Positions 25,790 to 35,169 are shown, counted from the stretch's first letter. The stretch is DNA of 51,592 nt from Candidatus Woesearchaeota archaeon (GCA_964617925.1 CAZTYO010000002.1:1-51592); one strand, 5' to 3'. The notes: generated from the sequence alone by a model not told the origin. Numbers and translations are program-made.

Positions 25790-27952
25790 TCAAAATTTCT
25801 TTTCAGACACTGTATATTTGCACTCTGGATACTTTTCACAGGCGAAAAATGCCCCATAAATTCCTTTTCTAAGAACTAATTTACCTTCTTTGCATTTTGG
25901 ACATTCTTTTCCTTCTAAATCTAATTTGATTTGTTTTGTTGGACATTCTTTATTTATGCAGGTTTCTTGTGGTCTTTTTCCTTTTCTTATTAGTAAGGCC
26001 ATTGGATTTTTACATTTTTCACAAATGTTGTCAGTTGGTTTAATTAAGCAACCTCCGGGAACACCAAAAGTTGTTTTGCACCCTTCTTCATATTGATCAC
26101 AAGCAATAAATTGTCCAAACCTTCCTCTTCTAATTTTTAATTGCCCTTTCTTACATTTTGGACAAATTCCAAAAATTCCTTCTCCTTCTGTAGCTTTTGC
26201 TAATGATTTTCCTATCTTTTTTTCATGTTCTTTGAAATCTTTTAAAATTTTTTTAATATGTTTTTTTGCTTTGCCTAAAATCTGTTTTTCTGTTTTTTTC
26301 TTTTCTCTTATTTTGTTCATGTCTTCTTCTAATTCTTTTGTCATATTCTCATCTATTATTTCTGGAGAATATTTTTCTAATGTATGAATTAATGTGATTC
26401 CTAAAGGAGTAGCTTCTAATTGTAATCCATCTATATATTTCCTCTGATAAAGAGCATCAACTATCATTGCCCTAGTTGCTTTAGTTCCAAGGCCTAAATT
26501 TTCCATCTCTTTGATTATTGAAGCTTGAGAGTATCTTTTTGGAGGAAGAGTGTCTTTTTCTTCATCTTTTATTGAAGTTACTTTTACTTTATCTCCTTCC
26601 TTAGTTTCTGGAACTAATTGTTCTTTTGATTTTGCAAATTCCCCATAGAATTCATGCCATCCTTTTTCTATTATTCTTGAACCTGATAAATTGAATATTT
26701 CTGAATTTAAGTCTATTCCAATTGTTGTACTTTCTTTCTTGGCGGGATCTCCGAAAACTGAAAAAAATCTCCTTACAATTAAATTATATAATTTTAAACT
26801 TTTTCCAGATAATTTAGCAACATCTCCAGTTGGATAAATTGCAGGATGAGCAGGATCACTTTTCTTTCCTTCTTTTGGAATAAGTGTTTTTTTCTTTAAT
26901 AGAGTTTTACAATGTTCTGAAAAATCCTTTTTCTTTGATAATTTTTTTAAAATATTTTTATAACCTATTGTTTCTGGTAATTTCTGGGAACTTGTTCTAG
27001 GATAAGATATTAAACCAGAAGTATAAAGATCTTGTGCAATTTTCGAAGTATCTTTAGGAGTTATCCCTGCTTTTCCATATGCTTCTATCTGTAATGAAGT
27101 TAAATCAAAAGGATTTGGTGGAGCAATTGAAGATTTTCTAGTAGATATAGAGGAGATAATTGCTTCTTTTCCTTTTGTTTTTTTTAATATATTCTTTACA
27201 TCTTCTTTTTTTAAAATTTTTCCTTTCTTATGTTTTGCAATTATCTTTGTTGTTTTTATTTTTCCATTAAGATAAATTTCCCAATATGTTACTGGTTTGA
27301 ATCTCTTAATTGATTCTTCTTTCTTTACTATTAATTTTAAAGTTGGACCTTGAACACGGCCTGTTGACATTAATCTAAATCTATCACTAGAATGTTGGAT
27401 TGACTTAGTTAATGCATTACTAATATTAATACCATAGAACCAATCTACATGATGTCTTGCATCTCCAGCATGAATTTGTGGAAATTCTAAATGTTTTAAT
27501 GCTTTATTATATGACTCAACTAACTCATCTTTTGTTAATGTTGAGAATTTCATCCTTCTTGCATCTTTTTGTTTGCAAATATATTTTATAATATTGTGAC
27601 CTATTACTGACCCTTCTATATCAAAGTCTGTTGCTACTGTAAATTTTGTAGCTTTCTTTGTTAATTGTTTTAAAACATTTACATATTTTTTTGTGTATGC
27701 TGCACCTTTATCTAACTCATATTTTGGTTTCCATTCAATATCAAAATTAGGGTACTTTCTTTTTGAACTTTCAATTTTTGCTAATCCAAATAAATGACCC
27801 ACTGCACAACCAACTAGAATTTTTTTTCCGTTGTGTGTTAATTCATAATAAGAAACGGCATTTTTTGTTTTTTTTGTTGGTTTTGTGTCTGCCAGAGCTG
27901 TTGCTATCTTTTGAGCTTGTGCAGGTTTCTCCGTTACAATTAATTCTACCAT
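25790..27952 (-). CDS. topA: type IA DNA topoisomerase with C-terminal zinc ribbons
   Basis: TOPRIM motifs LIVTEKP and ATDFDIEGS, the active-site Tyr context LISYPRTSS, and several CPKC...C...C ribbons at the C-terminus. Confidence 0.9.
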   Translation of the reverse strand: MVELIVTEKPAQAQKIATALADTKPTKKTKNAVSYYELTHNGKKILVGCAVGHLFGLAKIESSKRKYPNFDIEWKPKYELDKGAAYTKKYVNVLKQLTKKATKFTVATDFDIEGSVIGHNIIKYICKQKDARRMKFSTLTKDELVESYNKALKHLEFPQIHAGDARHHVDWFYGINISNALTKSIQHSSDRFRLMSTGRVQGPTLKLIVKKEESIKRFKPVTYWEIYLNGKIKTTKIIAKHKKGKILKKEDVKNILKKTKGKEAIISSISTRKSSIAPPNPFDLTSLQIEAYGKAGITPKDTSKIAQDLYTSGLISYPRTSSQKLPETIGYKNILKKLSKKKDFSEHCKTLLKKKTLIPKEGKKSDPAHPAIYPTGDVAKLSGKSLKLYNLIVRRFFSVFGDPAKKESTTIGIDLNSEIFNLSGSRIIEKGWHEFYGEFAKSKEQLVPETKEGDKVKVTSIKDEEKDTLPPKRYSQASIIKEMENLGLGTKATRAMIVDALYQRKYIDGLQLEATPLGITLIHTLEKYSPEIIDENMTKELEEDMNKIREKKKTEKQILGKAKKHIKKILKDFKEHEKKIGKSLAKATEGEGIFGICPKCKKGQLKIRRGRFGQFIACDQYEEGCKTTFGVPGGCLIKPTDNICEKCKNPMALLIRKGKRPQETCINKECPTKQIKLDLEGKECPKCKEGKLVLRKGIYGAFFACEKYPECKYTVSEKKF

Positions 27953-28003
27953 TAAGAATGAAACTTATAAACTGATTTTAAAAATCTTTTGGAAAGAAGT
28001 TTA

Positions 28004-28396
28004 TTATAAAAATGAATTAAAAATTTTAAAACTTCCAAAATAACTTCCTTCTGCATTTTCTGGAACATTTAATATCAATTTTATTGTTTTATTTGAATTT
28101 GGATCTAAAATAAATTTAGTTTCATTTAATTCTGCAAATTCTATTCCTGTTATTTTTAATTTAATTTTTTTAATCTTATTATCCCCATTAGAAATAGTTA
28201 TTTCTTTTGAAGTGAAAGTTCCAGGAGGCAGAGTTCCAAAATCTAAGTGTGTTGAACCTTCCAAATCAATCCCAATTGATTGAGAAATATTTACTTTAAT
28301 TTCTAATTCTTCAGATAGTATATAATAATTGAATGCAAATAATATTAAACAAATTAATATTGTTAAGTTTATGACTTCTCTATATCTCTTCTTCAT
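28004..28396 (-). CDS. signal-anchored beta-sandwich-like surface protein
   Basis: N-terminal TM segment, then LDFGTLPPGTFTSKEITISNG...KLKITG...ILNVPENAEGSYFGSFKI. It overlaps the upstream gene by 17 nt. Confidence 0.5.
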   Translation of the reverse strand: MKKRYREVINLTILICLILFAFNYYILSEELEIKVNISQSIGIDLEGSTHLDFGTLPPGTFTSKEITISNGDNKIKKIKLKITGIEFAELNETKFILDPNSNKTIKLILNVPENAEGSYFGSFKIFNSFL

Positions 28397-29084
28397 AGTT
28401 TAATTCTTCCTCATTTTTTCTCAACTTCATTACTAAAATCATGATTATTAATATTAATAAAATAACTCCCACTACTAGAATGATATTTGTTGTTAACAAA
28501 TATTTTGATATTATTGAAGGTTCTTCAATATGTGAACCAGCCCCATTGTTGTTCTCTAATTCTGATGCATTAAACTCCTCAGGCCCATTAGGTTGTTCAT
28601 CCCGATTATCCCCATTTGATCCTTCAACCTCTTCACCTTCTTCTGACAAATTTTCTTGATTTTCTTCCCTGTTATGAATTAACAATCTTGTACTAACTGA
28701 CGCTAATGCGTATGTTGTGGAATTTTGTTCTTCTTCATTTCCAAATTCTGTTGCAGAAACTCTTAGTTCGTGAAGTCCAGAAGTTAAGGTTGTAGGAAAT
28801 GCAATACTTATTGTATACTCTTGAATTAGGGAATTCTCAGTAAATATTAATTCTGTTTTATCTAAGGTTATTGAATTTTCTAATTGAGGAAAAACTTCAG
28901 AATTTAATCTTGAAAAGTCTAATTCCAATTTCATAGTTGTAGGATAATCTTCTATAATTTCTACAACAATTTCTTGTTGTTCATTTGCTACAAAATCTAA
29001 ATTGATTAAAGAAGGAGTTAAGATTATTGCATTAACCGAACTAATAAAAAATAAAAAAAATAAAAAAAGAACAAATCGTTTCAT
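28380..29084 (-). CDS. secreted protein with Sec-type signal peptide, acidic linker and C-terminal TM anchor
   Basis: MKRFVLFLFFLFFISSVNA/IIL signal peptide, then a beta-rich region. An acidic stretch (EEGEEVEGSNGDNRDEQ) and the TM LLTTNIILVVGVILLILIIMILV follow. The ATG at 29084 is preferred over 29129. Confidence 0.5.
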   Translation of the reverse strand: MKRFVLFLFFLFFISSVNAIILTPSLINLDFVANEQQEIVVEIIEDYPTTMKLELDFSRLNSEVFPQLENSITLDKTELIFTENSLIQEYTISIAFPTTLTSGLHELRVSATEFGNEEEQNSTTYALASVSTRLLIHNREENQENLSEEGEEVEGSNGDNRDEQPNGPEEFNASELENNNGAGSHIEEPSIISKYLLTTNIILVVGVILLILIIMILVMKLRKNEEELNYEEEI

Positions 29085-29097
29085 TCTTTTTTCCAAA

Positions 29098-29721
29098 TTA
29101 TATTGGATCAAATCCTGAATTTCCACCACAATCAGTTGCTACGTCGGCAGTTGTGAATTGGAATAAGATTGTTCCTGTTTTTGATCCCAGGGATTCTTCA
29201 TAAGATACAACCAATTCTTGATCAATTACTAATCCTGGTTTTGTAGAACTTGACTCTGCCCTATATTTTAAACAAGTTGCAACATTAGTATATCCTGAAT
29301 TTATTGGAGTGTATGCATCTTGTCTTGCACCTTCAGTACATTCCCCACTATAAGAATATATATTTCCAGAATTTGCATTTATTGCTCTACATTTTGAAGA
29401 ATAACTCCAAGTTGAATCTGGGTCAGTTAATAATTGAGAAGTGTACATTACTTCAACATTCACTGGAGTCATTCCTCCATTAATTATCTCTATCCTGTGT
29501 ACTCCTTGTGAACTATTTACTGGTAAAACATCATCATAACTATCTACAGTTATACCTCTTGTTAAAGTTCCAAAGTCATAAGTATTAAAATTTTGACTCC
29601 ATCCAACATCTTGGCTTGCATCAACTGTTACACTTATATCACCTGGGGCTTTTTGTATGCATCCAGATAAACCAATCACTAAAAACCCTAAAAATAAACC
29701 TAAAAATATTTTATTATTCAT
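29098..29721 (-). CDS. putative lipoprotein/secreted beta-rich protein
   Basis: Signal peptide ends in the lipobox-like LSGC. It shares the motif DFGTLTRG...IEIINGG...VNVEV with the 130-aa protein. There are 4 Cys in the mature part. Confidence 0.5.
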   Translation of the reverse strand: MNNKIFLGLFLGFLVIGLSGCIQKAPGDISVTVDASQDVGWSQNFNTYDFGTLTRGITVDSYDDVLPVNSSQGVHRIEIINGGMTPVNVEVMYTSQLLTDPDSTWSYSSKCRAINANSGNIYSYSGECTEGARQDAYTPINSGYTNVATCLKYRAESSSTKPGLVIDQELVVSYEESLGSKTGTILFQFTTADVATDCGGNSGFDPI

Positions 29722-29939
29722 TCTCCCACTCCATTATCAGAATTATCTTGATATTCTCCATCAACTATATCTACAGTTGTTGAGGCATAATCAGTATTTG
29801 ATTCATAAAATTCTTCATTATCTTCTGTTGCTGGCCCACCATCTTGATAATCTAACCAAACACCTACAGAAGCAATTAATAATGCGACCACTAGTATCCC
29901 TATAATTATTTTATTTTTATCCCTTTTTTTTCGTTTCAT
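29718..29939 (-). CDS. small signal-anchored acidic protein
   Basis: 73 aa with a basic N-terminus, one TM helix and a D/E/Y-rich tail. It overlaps the next gene by 4 nt and is the first gene of the four-gene operon. Confidence 0.45.
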   Translation of the reverse strand: MKRKKRDKNKIIIGILVVALLIASVGVWLDYQDGGPATEDNEEFYESNTDYASTTVDIVDGEYQDNSDNGVGE

Positions 29940-29983
29940 TTTAGTTAATCCTTGAAAAAAATTATTTAAACCTTTTCTTTTGA

Positions 29984-30235
29984 TTATAATTTATCTCTTT
30001 TTATTTCATACTTTTTTGCACACTCTTCTGAACAAAATCGATAATTCTCTCCATTGATATTTTCTTCTATAAATTGATCTTCTAAAATGATATGACAGTT
30101 AGTACATTCAGTTGGATTTGAATCTTCATCATAACCTTTCATAAATCCTTCTTCTGCTTCATTTATTTCATCTCCTTCTTCTGCTGCTGATCTTGCTTCT
30201 TCTCCATACAAATTTTGTTCTTTTTCTTCATTCAT
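29984..30235 (-). CDS. TRASH-type zinc-binding domain protein with acidic N-terminus
   Basis: CTNC-x20-CSEEC fits the C-x2-C-x19-22-C-x3-C pattern. Its start overlaps the serS stop by 4 nt. Confidence 0.55.
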   Translation of the reverse strand: MNEEKEQNLYGEEARSAAEEGDEINEAEEGFMKGYDEDSNPTECTNCHIILEDQFIEENINGENYRFCSEECAKKYEIKRDKL

Positions 30236-31518
30236 TTTATTTTTCCCCCAATTTTCTTTTTTCCAACATATTTCCTTAATGGTTTAGGAATGTTTATTGT
30301 ATTATCTTTATTTTGAAAGTTTTCTAGAATAGAAACCATTGCTCTTGAAGTTGCCACCATAGTATTATTTAACATATGGACGTATTTTTTATTTCCTTCT
30401 TTATCAACATATTTTATATTTAGTTTTGTTGCTTGATATTCCATAGTGTTTCCTGCAGAAGTAACTTCTTTATATTTTTGTTCCCTTGGAAACCAGGCTT
30501 CAATATCATATTGTCTTGAAAATTTTGGACCTAAATCTCCAGCACAAATTTCTACAACTCTAAATGGCAATTTTAATTGTTTGAAAAAATCTTCAGATAT
30601 TTTTTGCATCCATTCCATATATTTATATGAATCTTCTTGATTAGTAAGAACTACTTGTTCTACTTTGTAAAATTGATGCATCCTAAATACTCCTTTTGAA
30701 TCTACACCATGTCCCCCAATTTCTTTTCTAAAACAAGGAGTTAAAGTACATAACTTTATTGGTAAATCTTTTTCATTAAATGTTTTATTCTTGAACAATG
30801 AAACCAATGGGTGTTCTCCAGTTCCAATAAGATAAAGATCTTCTCCTTCAACTTTGTAAATAACATCTCTGAAATCTTCTAAGTTTACAGCACCTTCTAA
30901 TGTCTCTTTATTTAACATCAATGGAACTCCAACTATACTAAATCCTTTTTTTTCTAAAAAATCTAACCCATACCTTTGAATTGCTAAATCTAACTTTGCC
31001 ATTTCTCCAATTAAATAATTAAATCCTTGACCAGTGTTTTTTCTTCCTGCTTCAAAATCTGCAAGTCCTGTTTTTTCTAATAATTCTGAATGAGATTTTA
31101 ATTCAAACCCTGGACTTTTTGGATCTTCTAAAAAAAATTTGAATGGTTTATTCTGTTCTTCTGTTTTTCCTTCCGGAACCGATTCATGTAAAATATTTGG
31201 TAATCTCTTAAGGTAAGAATCTAATTCATTTTTTAATTCGGACATTTCTCCTTCTACTTCAGTTATTTTTTGAGGAATCTCTTTTGCTAAATTTATTTTC
31301 CCTTCAATTGGTTTCTTTTGTTTTTTTAATTTATTAATTTCTTCAGCAATTTTATTTCTTTTTTCTCGAAGACGATCTGCTTTTTGTTTTAATTGTCTCC
31401 ACTTCTTATCTTGTTTAAGAACTAGATCTACCCACTCTTTTTTTTCCTCTTGGTCCCTTTTTGTAAGTGACTTTTTTATTAGATCAGGATTAGTCCTGAC
31501 TAAATTTATATCAATCAT
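30232..31518 (-). CDS. serS: seryl-tRNA synthetase
   Basis: N-terminal coiled-coil arm (MIDINLVRTNPD...), class II motifs FRKEIG...GVFRMHQF and GNTMEYQATKLNI, and NNTMVATSRA. Confidence 0.95.
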   Translation of the reverse strand: MIDINLVRTNPDLIKKSLTKRDQEEKKEWVDLVLKQDKKWRQLKQKADRLREKRNKIAEEINKLKKQKKPIEGKINLAKEIPQKITEVEGEMSELKNELDSYLKRLPNILHESVPEGKTEEQNKPFKFFLEDPKSPGFELKSHSELLEKTGLADFEAGRKNTGQGFNYLIGEMAKLDLAIQRYGLDFLEKKGFSIVGVPLMLNKETLEGAVNLEDFRDVIYKVEGEDLYLIGTGEHPLVSLFKNKTFNEKDLPIKLCTLTPCFRKEIGGHGVDSKGVFRMHQFYKVEQVVLTNQEDSYKYMEWMQKISEDFFKQLKLPFRVVEICAGDLGPKFSRQYDIEAWFPREQKYKEVTSAGNTMEYQATKLNIKYVDKEGNKKYVHMLNNTMVATSRAMVSILENFQNKDNTINIPKPLRKYVGKKKIGGKIK

Positions 31519-31662
31519 GTTTATTGCCTAAAAAAATAATTATATAAATGTTTTGTTATACCCTTTTTTCATGAATGAACATATATTCTCTAATAGTTAT
31601 GTTAGAAAAGATAAAGGTTTAAAATATATTTGTCACTATTCTAATCATAGGAGAGGTCAATA

Positions 31663-31932
31663 ATGAAAAAGAAAGAAATTTTTGAAGTATTTTTCAGGCG
31701 AAAACCTGCGATGATACTATTGGCATTAAAAACTACTAACCGAAATAGATATGGATCAGTTATTGCTAAAGAAGTAGATTGTACTTATTCTCACGCTGTT
31801 AAAATTTTACAAGAAATGGAAAAGAATAAATTGGTTTCTTTTGTGAAAGAAGGAAGAATTAAAACAATACAACTAACTGAATCTGGTGCAGAAATAGCAA
31901 CCCATATTGAAAGAATTCGAGACAAATTATAA
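31663..31932 (+). CDS. small winged-helix transcriptional regulator (ArsR/MarR-like)
   Basis: 89 aa with the pattern ILLAL...RYGSVIAKEVDCTYSHAVKILQEMEKNKLV...EGRIK. A GGAGAGGT SD precedes the ATG and a tttaaaatata TATA-like box lies upstream. Confidence 0.6.
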   Translation: MKKKEIFEVFFRRKPAMILLALKTTNRNRYGSVIAKEVDCTYSHAVKILQEMEKNKLVSFVKEGRIKTIQLTESGAEIATHIERIRDKL

Positions 31933-31964
31933 CTTTTTTATTTTATATATTTAGTAGAAATAAA

Positions 31965-32039
31965 TGGGCCCAACGGGATTTGAACCCGCGGCTTCGTGGT
32001 TAAGAGCCACGCACTCTGACCAGGCTGAGTTATGGGCCC
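31965..32039 (-). tRNA. tRNA-Lys (anticodon CUU), no intron, CCA not encoded
   Basis: Hand-folded cloverleaf. Acceptor GGGCCCA/UGGGCCC, D stem ACUC/GAGU, anticodon stem CGUGG/CCACG with loop CUCUUAA. T stem GCGGG/CCCGU with loop UUCAAAU, discriminator A. It forms a GC-rich block in AT-rich surroundings. Confidence 0.9.
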
Positions 32040-32079
32040 AATGTATTTTGTGCTTAAATTCAGCTTAAAAATTTTTTGT

Positions 32080-32847
32080 TTATGTAGTTAGAAATTTTAT
32101 CCACAAAAAAGCTATGAACATTACAAATAAGAGATAGATTACATTTACTATCCATAATAAAATGTCCTTATTTGGTATAAATACATAAGTTAATATTATT
32201 GCAAATGCTGCAAATAAACTTATTATGGCGGCCATTATTAAATTATTGGAAGCATAATCTATTGCATCTTCTTTTAATTCAGTACACAATCCAGATTGAC
32301 AATTAATTTCTGAGTTATTTATTCCGTGCATAAAATAAAATACCATAAATGTTCCAACAATTACTAATGAAACTAACATAAAACTTAAGAAATATATCAA
32401 AATCTTTCTGCCATCTATATTAGGTAATCTTTTTTCTTTCTCTGGCCTTTGTTTTTGTATTTCTTCTTTCTTTGCCCCATATCCTACATATTCGTGACTT
32501 TTTTCAGATATTCGGTTAACCGGTTTATTCTGTTTTACTTTGCTAAACGCCATATTAATTTTTTCGGCTGGCCAACCTTTTGACAAAAGTGCTAATCTTA
32601 TTTCATGCTCTCTTGCACCCTTCATCAGAGAAGATTTTATAAATTTTGTAAGCGGGTTGCCCCTTCCTTTTTTTTGAATAGGTAAAGGTTTTGATTCTGA
32701 GCTTGTTGATTTTTTTAAAGAGGATATAGCTTCTTCAATTTCACCATCTGTCCAATTATTAGTTTTTAATATTCCTCTTAATTCAATTTGAGAATATCCC
32801 TTATTTAATCCATCTTTGATAAAATTGAGAAGTTTGATATCAACCAT
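32080..32847 (-). CDS. membrane protein with two N-terminal copies of a short helical repeat
   Basis: The repeats are FIKDGLNKGYSQIELRGILKTNNWTDGEIEEAI and FIKSSLMKGAREHEIRLALLSKGWPAEKINMAF. A basic linker and about 3 TM helices follow. Confidence 0.5.
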   Translation of the reverse strand: MVDIKLLNFIKDGLNKGYSQIELRGILKTNNWTDGEIEEAISSLKKSTSSESKPLPIQKKGRGNPLTKFIKSSLMKGAREHEIRLALLSKGWPAEKINMAFSKVKQNKPVNRISEKSHEYVGYGAKKEEIQKQRPEKEKRLPNIDGRKILIYFLSFMLVSLVIVGTFMVFYFMHGINNSEINCQSGLCTELKEDAIDYASNNLIMAAIISLFAAFAIILTYVFIPNKDILLWIVNVIYLLFVMFIAFLWIKFLTT

Positions 32848-32934
32848 GATTAATTATTAAATTTCTTGTTTATATAATTTCTTATTACAGACATAGAAAA
32901 TTATATAAATTCAGAATACTAGTTTTGAATTGAA

Positions 32935-33636
32935 ATGGAAATCGAATTAAAAAAGAAGCCGAAAGATGTTACGATTGTCGAGGGTTTCCCAGGATTTGGA
33001 TTAGTAGGCACAATAACTACAGAGTTTTTAATAGATCACTTAGATGCAACAAAGATAGGGTCCATCTGGTTAAACGAGATGGAACCCATGGTTGCAGTTC
33101 ATGAAAGAGAAGTTGTTGACCCCATTGGATTATTTTATTCAAAAAAATATAATCTGGTAATAGTACATGTTATTACTGAAGCAAAAAAGATAGAATGGAA
33201 ACTTACTCGGGCACTCTCACTTTTAGCAAAAAAACTATCTGCCAAGGAAATAATTAGCATAGAAGGAGTTGGATTAATTGGGGGAAAAGCAAAGGCAGGA
33301 GTGTATTATTATAGCACAAAAAATAAGAAAAGATTTGAATCATTAAAGATACCTGCATTAGAAGAGGGAATAATAATGGGATTAACTGCCGCACTATTAC
33401 TTAGAATAAAAACTCCTCTCTCTTGTATATTTGCAGAAACAAAGAGTAAACTACCTGACAGTAGGGCTGCAGCAAATGTAGTAGAAGCAATAGATAAGTA
33501 CTTAGGACTCAAAGTAAACTACGAACCATTACTAAAACAAGCTGAAGAAGTAGAATTGAAGATAAAATCAATACTAAAAAATACAAAAACAACGACAACA
33601 TTGAAAGAAAAGAAAGATATGAGTTACCTTGGATAA
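32935..33636 (+). CDS. PAC2 (proteasome assembly chaperone 2) family protein
   Basis: The motif VEGFPGFGLVGTI near the N-terminus is typical of the COG1938/PAC2 family, and the 233-aa length is consistent. Confidence 0.65.
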   Translation: MEIELKKKPKDVTIVEGFPGFGLVGTITTEFLIDHLDATKIGSIWLNEMEPMVAVHEREVVDPIGLFYSKKYNLVIVHVITEAKKIEWKLTRALSLLAKKLSAKEIISIEGVGLIGGKAKAGVYYYSTKNKKRFESLKIPALEEGIIMGLTAALLLRIKTPLSCIFAETKSKLPDSRAAANVVEAIDKYLGLKVNYEPLLKQAEEVELKIKSILKNTKTTTTLKEKKDMSYLG

Positions 33637-33674
33637 AAAGGTAATTTTATATATTTTCTTACACTCTCAATTAT

Positions 33675-34076
33675 ATGAAATTCTTAATTAAAAAACATTT
33701 CTCTTTTTTACTATTAAAATATTTTTCAATTATTTTTATAATTTATCTCTCACTTTTGCTTAAAAATATCATTTCTGATCTTTTTTTGTTATCTGTCAGT
33801 ATAGCTACCTTATTGGCCACATTCTTAACAATTAACATTAAATTTACAAAAAAATCAAGCCTGCCTACTGAGATTCATCAAAAAGATAAAGTGAGATATA
33901 TAATGTCTTGCCACTCTTGTAATTGGGAATGGATGTCTAATATCTCTGGACAAGATTACCCCACAAAATGTCCTAGTTGTGGCAATAAATCTAAGTTAGA
34001 GTTGATAGGTTGGAGAAAAATGCACTCACTTCCAAAGAAAATAAACAAAGAATTAACTAATTTTTTTAAAAAATAA
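33675..34076 (+). CDS. membrane protein with C-terminal zinc ribbon
   Basis: Two N-terminal TM helices, then CHSCNWEW...KCPSCGN. Confidence 0.45.
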   Translation: MKFLIKKHFSFLLLKYFSIIFIIYLSLLLKNIISDLFLLSVSIATLLATFLTINIKFTKKSSLPTEIHQKDKVRYIMSCHSCNWEWMSNISGQDYPTKCPSCGNKSKLELIGWRKMHSLPKKINKELTNFFKK

Positions 34077-34093
34077 AGAAAAAAAAGAAGAAT

Positions 34094-34273
34094 TTATTTC
34101 TTCCTTTTTTTAGCTGGTTTTTTCTTAGCAGCAGGTTTTTTCTTAGTGACTTTCTTCTTTTTTTTCTTGCCACCTCTTGCCATTTTAGCCTCACAAACAT
34201 TACCTTTCCCATCAACATAATACAGGAAACCAGGTTTTCTTTCAATCACATCTTTTGCTATGATCTTTCCCAT
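34094..34273 (-). CDS. small basic protein with Lys/Pro/Ala-rich histone-H1-like tail
   Basis: A strong SD (aaGGAGGTGcaaaATG) supports the ATG at 34273. The product is MGKIIAKDVIERKPGFLYYVDGKGNVCEAKMARGG followed by KKKKKKVTKKKPAAKKKPAKKRKK. Confidence 0.6.
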   Translation of the reverse strand: MGKIIAKDVIERKPGFLYYVDGKGNVCEAKMARGGKKKKKKVTKKKPAAKKKPAKKRKK

Positions 34274-34467
34274 TTTGCACCTCCTTTTGAAAATGATACT
34301 CAAAATTGACATTACTACTATATAAATCTTTGGAATTCAGCGTCGAGGGTATCCATTTTTTTTCTTTTAATCAATACTTAAACTTTTTAATTATTTTTTG
34401 AAATAAAACTTTATAGATTTGCTTAATTATTCTAAGTCTTAAAACTTTTAAGTATTCCTTAGAAGTT

Positions 34468-35085
34468 TTATTCACTAAAAAAAGAATTTGAAATTTGGTC
34501 ATACTTCTCTTGAACATCATTTAGCCCAGGAATACCATACATCTGAAGAGTAATTCTGATATCTGAGTGTCCTGCGATCTGTTGAACATAATTAGGTGGA
34601 ACTCCTTGTTTTATCAAGTGCCTTATGAAACTATGTCTGAATATATGTGGATTCATATGCTTTTTTGTTGGATCCGGATGATTTATTTCTGCTTTTTGGG
34701 CAGTTGTTCTCATTATGGAATTTATCCTACTCTCATCTATGCCGTCTCTTTCTTTTTTATTACTTTGAATTAATTTACCATATTGTCTTGAATTTAAGTA
34801 AAATTTGATAGATTGGAGAGTGTCTTGATCGATTGGCACAGTTCTAGGTTTATTTCCTTTTGCTTTTGGAATAAATATTCTTTTTTTTGTAAAATCTATA
34901 TCTCGAACACGCAAATTACACAACTCAAATCTTCTCATCCCTGTCCTTGCAAGAATTTTTAACACCACAGAATTTCTCAAATTTTTTGCAGAACTAATTA
35001 TTTTATTCATATCTTCCATAGATAAATAATAAACATTATATTTTTTCTTTTTTTTAGAATTTTTATTAAAATCGCTCTTTTCCAT
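34468..35085 (-). CDS. tyrosine recombinase/integrase, catalytic domain only
   Basis: ARTGMRRFEL (Arg I), HIFRHSF (H-x-x-R), GHSDIRITLQMYG (His/Tyr). At 205 aa it lacks the usual N-terminal core-binding domain. Confidence 0.8.
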   Translation of the reverse strand: MEKSDFNKNSKKKKKYNVYYLSMEDMNKIISSAKNLRNSVVLKILARTGMRRFELCNLRVRDIDFTKKRIFIPKAKGNKPRTVPIDQDTLQSIKFYLNSRQYGKLIQSNKKERDGIDESRINSIMRTTAQKAEINHPDPTKKHMNPHIFRHSFIRHLIKQGVPPNYVQQIAGHSDIRITLQMYGIPGLNDVQEKYDQISNSFFSE

Positions 35086-35091
35086 ATCCCG

Positions 35092-35169
35092 AAAAACGCA
35101 ATTTTTCTTTTTAAACCTTGTGTTTAGGGTCTTTTTTCGCCACAGAAGTAGGAGAAACGTTGCGTTTTT
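35092..35169. repeat. 10-bp perfect inverted repeat aaaaacgcaa / ttgcgttttt separated by 58 nt, just upstream of the integrase start
   Basis: Seen directly at 35092-35101 and 35160-35169. The spacer contains relatively GC-rich words (gggtc, cgccacagaagtaggag). Confidence 0.4.

Noticed and set aside
31965-35085. tRNA-Lys as the attachment site of the integrase element.
   Set aside because: The integrase is about 2.4 kb away, with ordinary genes including PAC2 in between. I found no second copy of any tRNA-Lys segment near 34.3 kb or 38.2-38.5 kb.
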